Source: Candidatus Thorarchaeota archaeon
GTDB taxonomy: Archaea > Asgardarchaeota > Thorarchaeia > Thorarchaeales > Thorarchaeaceae
Assembly: GCA_048884785.1 (NCBI GenBank)
Contig: JBHLQM010000014.1
Span: 19,743 to 35,635, forward strand
DNA length: 15,893 nt
Direction of reading: 5' to 3'
Shown here: in pieces, positions 7,747-14,677 of the stretch
Position numbering within the stretch: position 1 is the stretch's first letter
Layout of the letters: each line of letters opens with the position of its first letter
Notes under the pieces: model-generated
Database searches by the model: none
The model's input: only the letters and a program-made list of their open reading frames with translations
Told to the model about the DNA's origin: nothing
Translations under genes and position numbers: made by a program

Positions 7747-7824
7747 GCGGCCATAGTCTAGCCTGGTTTAGGATCGTAGCCTTCCAAGCTACTGAGCCGG
7801 GTTCAAATCCCGGTGGCCGCACCA
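7747..7824 (+). tRNA. tRNA-Gly (anticodon TCC), intron-less, CCA encoded
   Basis: Acceptor stem GCGGCCA/TGGCCGC, discriminator A and CCA. Anticodon arm GTAGC-CTTCCAA-GCTAC. T arm CCGGG-TTCAAAT-CCCGG. Confidence 0.97.
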
Positions 7825-7975
7825 TCTCTCGCAATCTCGTTCTATGTACTACCCACCAATATTTGGGTCCGGTAGCACAACCCTTTTGTTCACTCCATCT
7901 TGATTTCGTTTTTGTGGCCAAGTCCCAGAGAAAAACGAATCTCTGTTACTTCACCAAGAAAAACGAGGCAAACCC

Positions 7976-9991
7976 ATGGACACACTCAGGCATAATGGCG
8001 TACTTGTACTTGAACCACCTGATTTTCCTCTCTTTAGGATCACAGCTAGAGGTCAGTTAGTTGAACTGAATCCACTTCAGAGTGAAATGGCAGTTGCTTG
8101 GGTGCGAAAGATAGGCACTCCATACGTGGATGATGAAGTATTCGCTCAAAACTTCATGACTGATTTCACCAGGGCATTAGGTATTGACCCACCTCTTCAG
8201 ATTGATGAAATCGATTTCTCAGAGGTCATCAGATATGTCGAGGGTGAACGAGCTAGAAAGGAGAGCTTGACAAAAGAGGAGACGAAGGCTGACCGCGAGA
8301 CCCGCAAAGCTATCAGAGATGAATTGAAAGAAAAGTATGGATATGCTGAAGTTGATGGTGAGCAGATGGAGCTGGGTGCCTACCAAACTGAGCCATCTGG
8401 AATATTCATGGGCAGAGGTGAGCATCCCCTGCGCGGTAAATGGAAGCAGGGTGCAACATACAAAGACATTACGCTGAACCTTGATTCAGAGGCTGAGATT
8501 CCTGAGGGCGATTGGGGTGAAGTAATCTGGGCCGATGATTGCATGTGGATTGCCAAATGGACAGATACACTAACAGGCAAGACCAAGTATCTCTGGCTTC
8601 ATGACAGCACTCCCATTAAACAGGAGAGGGAAGCCGCAAAATTCGACCAGGCATTAAAGGTTGAAAAAAGGATGGATGACATCCGTGCTCACATTGCTAA
8701 AGGGCTTGTGTCATCTGATGCAAAACGCCGAGCTGTTGCAGCCGCTTGTTATCTTATTGATTCTCTGAGTCTGCGTGTAGGGGATGAGAAGGATCCAGAG
8801 GAGGCAGATACAGTAGGTGCAACTACACTGAGAGTAGAACACCTCACTCTGAAAGGTACTTCTGTGGTTTTTGATTTTCTGGGAAAGGACAGCGTTCCGT
8901 GGCACAAGGAATTAGATATGGAAACTGAGGTCTATGCTGTCTTCGGTGAATTATATGAAAATGCCTTGGAGCGTGTTGAATCTTATCAATCTCGACGAGG
9001 CAAGAAATCTTCTGCAGATCCAAAAAAGGTCGCTCAGATATTTCCCACCATAAACAGTACTCATGTGAATCGTTTCTTAGGAGAGGTCCTCCCCGGCTTC
9101 ACAGCCAAGATGTTTCGAACGCATCATGCTTCGGTAGTTATGCGTGAGGAGCTGAAAAAGAGCAGGGCTCGCAATATTGACCCCGATTTCATCAAGAAAG
9201 AAGCCGTGAGAAGGGCAAATCTTGAAGTTGCCCGAGTGATGAATCATACAAAACAGGCACCCAAGGGATGGACAAGTAGTGAGGCGCGGTATAAAGAGCG
9301 TATTACACGAGCGTCCCAGAATGTAGTGAAGACAAAGCCATTAGTTGACGCAGCCAAGAAGCACCTCAGGGAAATCAGAAAGCGAGAAGATCTGGCAATC
9401 AAGAAGCAGCAAGATGCAGTCAAGAAGCAGAAGGAAACTGTTGACAAATTTTGGAAATTCGTTCTGACTTGGCGTGAAAAACGTGATCGAGCCAAAGAAG
9501 CATGGGATAATGCTCGTACACGAAAGAGCAGGATTCGCGGAAGTAAGAGAAAAGCAAAGTCAACCAAGAAAGAACGCCTTGATGATGCGCAAGAAAGCAT
9601 TGAACGAACTCGAAATCGGCTGGACTCAGCTGAAGAGTCATTAAAGAACGCGAGAGTCAGATATGAGAAGGCAAAGGAGTCCTTGACTAAGAAGCAAGAA
9701 GCAATCTTGAAATCAAAAGAGAGATCGAGTGAGAGAATAGCTCGTGCAGAGAAATCTGTAGATAGTGCTGCAGAGAGAGTGAAAAAAGTAGAAGAGGCGA
9801 AGAAGAAGATAGAGATTGACTATGCACTTGCGAAGGCAAGTAGGACATGGAACCTCGGTACTTCTCTGAAGTCCTATATTCATCCAAAAGTTGTCTATGA
9901 CTGGTGTCAGAAGGTTGAGTATGACTGGCGCAAGGTGTACACCAAGACTTTGCAAAGGAAGTTTGCGTGGATCGAATCCTCCGGTCAATAG
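7976..9991 (+). CDS. DNA topoisomerase IB, eukaryote-like (large) type
   Basis: HNGV start of the cap domain and FMGRGEHP. Catalytic pentad R267 (LRVGDEKD), K304 (FDFLGKDS), R381 (TAKMFRT), H424 (MNH) and Y634 (LGTSLKSYIHP). Also DTVGATTLR and C-terminal KFAW. Confidence 0.96.
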   Translation: MDTLRHNGVLVLEPPDFPLFRITARGQLVELNPLQSEMAVAWVRKIGTPYVDDEVFAQNFMTDFTRALGIDPPLQIDEIDFSEVIRYVEGERARKESLTKEETKADRETRKAIRDELKEKYGYAEVDGEQMELGAYQTEPSGIFMGRGEHPLRGKWKQGATYKDITLNLDSEAEIPEGDWGEVIWADDCMWIAKWTDTLTGKTKYLWLHDSTPIKQEREAAKFDQALKVEKRMDDIRAHIAKGLVSSDAKRRAVAAACYLIDSLSLRVGDEKDPEEADTVGATTLRVEHLTLKGTSVVFDFLGKDSVPWHKELDMETEVYAVFGELYENALERVESYQSRRGKKSSADPKKVAQIFPTINSTHVNRFLGEVLPGFTAKMFRTHHASVVMREELKKSRARNIDPDFIKKEAVRRANLEVARVMNHTKQAPKGWTSSEARYKERITRASQNVVKTKPLVDAAKKHLREIRKREDLAIKKQQDAVKKQKETVDKFWKFVLTWREKRDRAKEAWDNARTRKSRIRGSKRKAKSTKKERLDDAQESIERTRNRLDSAEESLKNARVRYEKAKESLTKKQEAILKSKERSSERIARAEKSVDSAAERVKKVEEAKKKIEIDYALAKASRTWNLGTSLKSYIHPKVVYDWCQKVEYDWRKVYTKTLQRKFAWIESSGQ

Positions 9992-9998
9992 GAGTGAA

Positions 9999-10412
9999 CT
10001 AGGGCCTCAATAGGGATGTTCTAATACGGTTTTCAATCTCCTCAAGGGTCTCTCTAAAAACAAGTAGCATTTCCTCATATCTGCCTTGATACGCAGCTGG
10101 GTCCTCAATTGACCAGTGTATAGTCTGTCTTGCACCGGGAAAATAGGGGCAGCTTTGCTTTGCGCTATCACAGACGGTAATCACAATGTCGAAAGGTATT
10201 CCTGCATATTCATTGAGTCCCTTTGGATAAAGTCCTTCTATCGAAATACCCCTCTCTTTTAGCACTTGAATGGCCAATGGATTCACCTCTGATGAAATAT
10301 CGGTACCCGCACTATGAACATCATAAATATCTCCTCCCAAGTGTCTTAGCAATGCCTCTGCAATTTGACTCCGAGCCGAATTGCCAGTACAAAGAAACAA
10401 AACGCGTTTCAT
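9999..10412 (-). CDS. arsC: Thioredoxin-type arsenate reductase ArsC (LMW-PTP fold)
   Basis: MKRVLFLCTGNSARSQIAE P-loop, SAGT, resolving cysteines in ITVCDSAKQSCP, and HWSIEDP. Start at 10412 rather than the track's 10541. Confidence 0.88.
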   Translation of the reverse strand: MKRVLFLCTGNSARSQIAEALLRHLGGDIYDVHSAGTDISSEVNPLAIQVLKERGISIEGLYPKGLNEYAGIPFDIVITVCDSAKQSCPYFPGARQTIHWSIEDPAAYQGRYEEMLLVFRETLEEIENRIRTSLLRP

Positions 10413-10455
10413 AGAAACACCACTCTTAATCAGCCATTTGATGTTTCGCATAAGA

Positions 10456-10471
10456 AGTATACATGAATACT
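10456..10471. promoter_or_regulatory. Near-perfect 16-bp palindrome, candidate operator
   Basis: AGTATACA|TGAATACT (7 of 8 pairs), centred in the 109-bp arsC / ArsD-like divergent spacer. Confidence 0.45.
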
Positions 10472-10521
10472 GTTTTTGCCCTAGCGTTACACATAAGTCG
10501 AAATAAGATTGTGGCTTTGCT

Positions 10522-10959
10522 ATGAAGCAAGTCAGAATCATGGTCTTTCCGAGTACCTCAAGTGAGCATGGTCTTCATGTGGGTGAGGTAGGGCCTCAAG
10601 ATCCGGCTGATGAAAGCTGTGCAGATGGATCTTGTGATCCTGCTTCAATTCCTGTGGTCACACTTAATCAGGATGTTCTACTTGAGAAGTGTCTAAATGA
10701 GGTTGAGGCGGCTTTTGGTGATTCCGTCAGAATCGAGATGCTCGATTATAAGGAGCCTCGAAGCATTGAACGCGGCATGGAAGTTTTGAATCACGCATTG
10801 GAATCTGCAGGAAGTAATCCTCTAGACTCTCCTGAGAGGTTTACGATGTTTGTGAACTCTTCAGCTCCGCTCATAGTTATCAATAATCGAATTGCCTTCA
10901 CAGGAATTGTCCCGCCCAGTCCACAAGTCATCAGTCGAGTGAAGGCTGCTCTCAGATAG
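10522..10959 (+). CDS. ArsD-like (arsenic metallochaperone family) thioredoxin-fold protein
   Basis: MKQVRIMVFP...DPADESCADGSCDP resembles the ArsD N-terminus (MVFDPAMCCSTGVCG). PLIVINNRIAFTGIVP resembles ArsD LPLLLLDGETVMAGRYP. Adjacent to arsC. Confidence 0.6.
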   Translation: MKQVRIMVFPSTSSEHGLHVGEVGPQDPADESCADGSCDPASIPVVTLNQDVLLEKCLNEVEAAFGDSVRIEMLDYKEPRSIERGMEVLNHALESAGSNPLDSPERFTMFVNSSAPLIVINNRIAFTGIVPPSPQVISRVKAALR

Positions 10960-11024
10960 AAGTAGTACTCCCTCATTTTATCCCCCTGCTGAAGAGAATA
11001 GCTTTTCAACCGACAATAATTCGT

Positions 11025-11981
11025 TTGAAGTGGTCTATTTTGAGTCGAACGTGGAAATACAAAAGCAGAATCTTTGATGCTCATACTCACATTGGCACAC
11101 CAGAACAACTCCCGACAATGATTGAAATTGAGGAAGAATTCGGGATATCTGCGCAAATCGGAATAGTCCATACCCATGAAGTCCTTCAATCTGCCAAGAA
11201 TCACTACTCTGATAGATTCGTGTTCGCCAAATACCTCTCCCTGAGTGACATTGCACAATACAATGTCGAGCCAGTCATCAAGCAGATTGAAACGCTAAAG
11301 GAGGAGGGATTCTCATTATCCAAGTCCTGGTTTGGTCCTCGTTGGAGAGATTACATTGAGAAGGTTCCTGCTGACTTTGCCATTAGCGACTCTCGTCTTG
11401 AGCCCATCTTCCAGACTTTGGAGGACAACAGAATCCCTTTGTTGATTCATATTGCAGACCCAGACACATACTTTGCAGCACAATACAGCGACTCAAAGAC
11501 ATATGGAACAAAAGAGGATCAATTGAATCAGCTCGAAACAGTCATCGCACGTCATCCGAAGCTTATCTTCCAGTTGCCGCATTTTGGATCACAGCCAGAA
11601 ATCCATAGGCTGCACAATCTCTCACGTTGGTTGGACTCATATCCAAATATTGTACTTGATACGGCATCTTCAAGATGGATGGCCAGAGAACTGAGCAAGG
11701 ATGTGGAGAAAGCGCGTAAGTTCATGATTCGTCATTCTGACAGAGTTCTTTTTGGCACAGACATTTCATCTAACGGGATCGGTTATGACTACTATTCCGG
11801 ACGTTACAATGCTCAGAGGATTTTGTGGGAAACCCGTGAGAGGAATACTCCCCTTCCCTTTCCTGACCCAGATACTAAGAACTCTGGTGGAACGTTCATC
11901 AACGGATTAGACTTGCCTATCTCAGTTCTCAAGAAATTATACTGGAAGAATGCCGATCGTATCTATGACCTAAATTCCTAG
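11025..11981 (+). CDS. Amidohydrolase superfamily protein (Amidohydro_2-like TIM barrel)
   Basis: IFDAHTH metal motif, PLLIH, PHFG, LDTAS and DRVLFGTD. The start could alternatively be TTG at 11040. Confidence 0.88.
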   Translation: MKWSILSRTWKYKSRIFDAHTHIGTPEQLPTMIEIEEEFGISAQIGIVHTHEVLQSAKNHYSDRFVFAKYLSLSDIAQYNVEPVIKQIETLKEEGFSLSKSWFGPRWRDYIEKVPADFAISDSRLEPIFQTLEDNRIPLLIHIADPDTYFAAQYSDSKTYGTKEDQLNQLETVIARHPKLIFQLPHFGSQPEIHRLHNLSRWLDSYPNIVLDTASSRWMARELSKDVEKARKFMIRHSDRVLFGTDISSNGIGYDYYSGRYNAQRILWETRERNTPLPFPDPDTKNSGGTFINGLDLPISVLKKLYWKNADRIYDLNS

Positions 11982-12445
11982 GCCCTACTCAACGCCTTCC
12001 AGTCGATTGGTCCCTCTGCGAACCTCTGCTGTAATCTATCCATTACAATATCCCATGCCCGTTTGAAGTAGTTGTACACCTCCATCCACTCTGAATCCTC
12101 TCTCCATCCACAATGAGTCAATACGACATTGGTACCGCCCTGATTGTTGGATTTGAATTGCACGACTACCCAAGTCTTGGCTCCCCTAAATTTGGGAAAT
12201 GAAGGTGGAGCATTCCACTCGAACGAAATCATTTCGGGTGTTAGATAGCTTAACACTCTGAGCCCTTCGCCTCCACGATATCCGGGTATTGCTTCCAGAT
12301 CAAAATACATCTCATATGGTCCACCAATGCGCAGCTCAACATACGCATCAGGTGCAAAGAATGTCTTGGCTCCCTCGGTAGTAGTCCATGCATTCCACAC
12401 ATCATGTATCTCTCCTGTAACGTCGCACTCTTTTCTAATTGACAA
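11978..12445 (-). CDS. SRPBCC/AHSA1-like (START-fold) ligand-binding protein
   Basis: VWNAWTTTEGAKTFF, ELRIGGPYE, ISFEWNAPP, TWVVVQF, TNVVLTHCGW and C-terminal helix AWDIVMDRL. Stop overlaps the convergent amidohydrolase stop. Confidence 0.88.
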   Translation of the reverse strand: MSIRKECDVTGEIHDVWNAWTTTEGAKTFFAPDAYVELRIGGPYEMYFDLEAIPGYRGGEGLRVLSYLTPEMISFEWNAPPSFPKFRGAKTWVVVQFKSNNQGGTNVVLTHCGWREDSEWMEVYNYFKRAWDIVMDRLQQRFAEGPIDWKALSRA

Positions 12446-12539
12446 TTCCGAAGGATCAAGGATATTCAGAGACTATTCTGTATGAAAAGAAAAGCATTAC
12501 TGAGCAGATTATATAGGAGAGAAGAGTCACTCCAGTATC

Positions 12540-13571
12540 ATGCCAGAATGCTTCAGTGTTTTACAGATTGGATTCGGGTCATTAGGTCGTCATATTGCAG
12601 AAGCGATTCTCAACAGGGATAACCTTCAGTTAATAGCTCTTATTGACGCAGACCCTTCCCTTTTGGGAAGATCTGTTAATGAGTTTCTTTCGAAGCCCAC
12701 GGAATCTTCTGTTACTATCCAGGGTGATTTGGAAAAAGCTCTCAGTATACTGGGGAAGAACCCTCCGGATGTTGCTGTTGTCGCAACTGCATCCTCCTTG
12801 GAAACGGTGTTCCCAACAATCACATCCTGTCTAAAACATGGGATGGATGTCATTTCCATCTGTGAACAACTGTCATATCCATATAAGAAACAACCAGGTC
12901 TGTCATCGGAACTTCATAGGATCGCAACAGAGGCAGGCAAGGCCGTTCTCGGAACTGGAATCAATCCGGGATACCTTATGGACCTCCTACCTATTGTTTT
13001 AACAGCTCCATGTCAGAGCGTTGACTCAATCCACGTGACTCGCCACATGAATTCAAGTCGGAGACGCCCCTCATTTCAGAAGAAGATTGGAACTGGCATG
13101 GCTAAAGAAGAGTTTAGGAAGAAAATTGACGAGGGACAAATCACTGGACATGTCGGTCTTGTTGAATCCATTCAGATGATTGAGAAAGCGCTCCAACTAC
13201 ATCTCGAAGAAATCAAGGAGTTGCCTCCTGAAGCAGTCATTGCGAAGAAGACCATCACCAATTCATTTACAACCATTAAGAAGGGAGATGTGCTTGGGCT
13301 CAAGAGTACGGGAGTGGGTGTCCGAGCAGGAAAGGAAATCGTCAGGCTGGACTTTCTTGCCTATGCTGAGGCAGCACCAGAATATGATGAGGTCGTCATT
13401 GAGGGGCATCCTAGCATCCACCAAAGAATCGAGGGTGGCGTTCAGGGCGACCAAGGCACAATTGGCATGATTATCAATCTCATTCCTCTCATGTCGAATC
13501 TCTCTCCTGGGCTGAAGACAATGATTGACATACCTGTGCCTAGGAACACGATGAGATACTATAGGAAATAG
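12540..13571 (+). CDS. NAD(P)-dependent oxidoreductase, DapB-N / 2,4-diaminopentanoate dehydrogenase (amine dehydrogenase)-like
   Basis: Rossmann GFGSLG, SICEQL, VLGTGINPGYLMD and C-terminal IEG.P...GGVQGD..T motifs typical of this family. Confidence 0.8.
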   Translation: MPECFSVLQIGFGSLGRHIAEAILNRDNLQLIALIDADPSLLGRSVNEFLSKPTESSVTIQGDLEKALSILGKNPPDVAVVATASSLETVFPTITSCLKHGMDVISICEQLSYPYKKQPGLSSELHRIATEAGKAVLGTGINPGYLMDLLPIVLTAPCQSVDSIHVTRHMNSSRRRPSFQKKIGTGMAKEEFRKKIDEGQITGHVGLVESIQMIEKALQLHLEEIKELPPEAVIAKKTITNSFTTIKKGDVLGLKSTGVGVRAGKEIVRLDFLAYAEAAPEYDEVVIEGHPSIHQRIEGGVQGDQGTIGMIINLIPLMSNLSPGLKTMIDIPVPRNTMRYYRK

Positions 13572-13770
13572 AACTAATGCAAATCCAATATATCATTGAT
13601 ATTGAAGAGGAAGACATACATCTATTGAAGTCTAGAATTACTCTATTCAACAGGATTTCCTTTTCGAGTTTGGATGAACATGATGAATCCTGCAATTTAG
13701 AATGTATTCCATCATCTAGCTATAGCATTTACCAATTAGCAGACAATGTATTAGTAGAAGGTTTCATTGG

Positions 13771-14472
13771 TTACATAGTTATGTCAACTAGAGGAGTCAA
13801 AGAAGAATCAGGTTTTCTACATAGATAAGTGAGATTCCGACTAGAATCACTCACATCATGTTCAATCACTTGATCATCCAAATCCCTTATTTTCCGGGCT
13901 ATTTCAAGAACCTCTTGAATTGACAGACCCAATCGTTCAGATACAAGTTTAAGATCAGTTTGGAACCTCTTCCTCACGATATTCTTTACCAATTGCTCCC
14001 AATGAGTCTTGAATGATAGACGCAGGCTGGAAAGCGCGGCAAAATCAAGCAACCATCTGTTCGATGGATTTCCCGAGGGACTTGCAGGCCCATTCTGTTC
14101 ACCATCCACAGTAGGTGCTACTAGTGTCCGATGAACCATAAGGTCTTTTACAAATGAGGTCGTCGCTGTTCTTTTTGAGTACCAATCGGGTTTACCAGCC
14201 TGGAGAGTAGTAGTATCAATACTGGAATATCCCTCATTCTTCCAGAATGATGCTGAGAATTCGTATTTCTTTTCCCATCGATTCCATTTTACATACCGCG
14301 ACTCATCCAGATTCTGCATTCTTTCACGTGCTGTTTTCACATCGGAAGAAAAGGTCCCTTCTTCAAACCTGATTAATAGTGCCTCCGCTATTCCTTCAGT
14401 TCCATCCAAGAAATCTTTCTCGGCTTGTTTCAGAGATTCCTCTGCGTACCTCAAATCATTGGGAAAATCCAT
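13771..14472 (-). CDS. Hypothetical protein with a possible C-terminal winged-helix (PCI-like) domain
   Basis: 233-aa ORF with SD GGAGG upstream of the ATG. The C-terminal LVKNIVRKRFQTDLKLVSERLGLSIQEVLEIARKI has an HTH pattern followed by two short beta strands. Confidence 0.6.
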   Translation of the reverse strand: MDFPNDLRYAEESLKQAEKDFLDGTEGIAEALLIRFEEGTFSSDVKTARERMQNLDESRYVKWNRWEKKYEFSASFWKNEGYSSIDTTTLQAGKPDWYSKRTATTSFVKDLMVHRTLVAPTVDGEQNGPASPSGNPSNRWLLDFAALSSLRLSFKTHWEQLVKNIVRKRFQTDLKLVSERLGLSIQEVLEIARKIRDLDDQVIEHDVSDSSRNLTYLCRKPDSSLTPLVDITM

Positions 14473-14677
14473 GGGACTGCCTCCATTCTAAGATAGTATT
14501 GTAGTGACGTGGAAGCAGATAAGACATCTGCATTGGATAAGGAGCATTATTGGAGAAAAGACGGTGTGAATCCGCTGGGACTCGAATCGGAGGATCCAAG
14601 TGAATCAGAATCAAAACTCTGAATGATAAGATTGAAAACTGGGATTGATGAAATAGAGGCTTTGGAGTTGCCATTTC

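Noticed and set aside
7712-8060. ORFs 7712-7921 (-) and 7863-8060 (+)
   Set aside because: The first is the antisense reading of tRNA-Gly. The second overlaps the topoisomerase out of frame.
7747-9991. Integrated element at tRNA-Gly with the adjacent tyrosine-active-site enzyme as its integrase
   Set aside because: The protein has all Topo IB motifs and no integrase architecture. I saw no duplicate of the tRNA 3' end (att site) in the window.
10413-10541. N-terminal extension of ArsC in the ORF track
   Set aside because: It overlaps the divergent gene and the promoter region. The family N-terminus begins at MKRVLFLC.
13577-13828. 83-aa plus-strand ORF after the dehydrogenase
   Set aside because: It is AT-rich with no motif and overlaps the 3' end of the opposite-strand ORF. 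It cannot be supported, though a small protein is not excluded.
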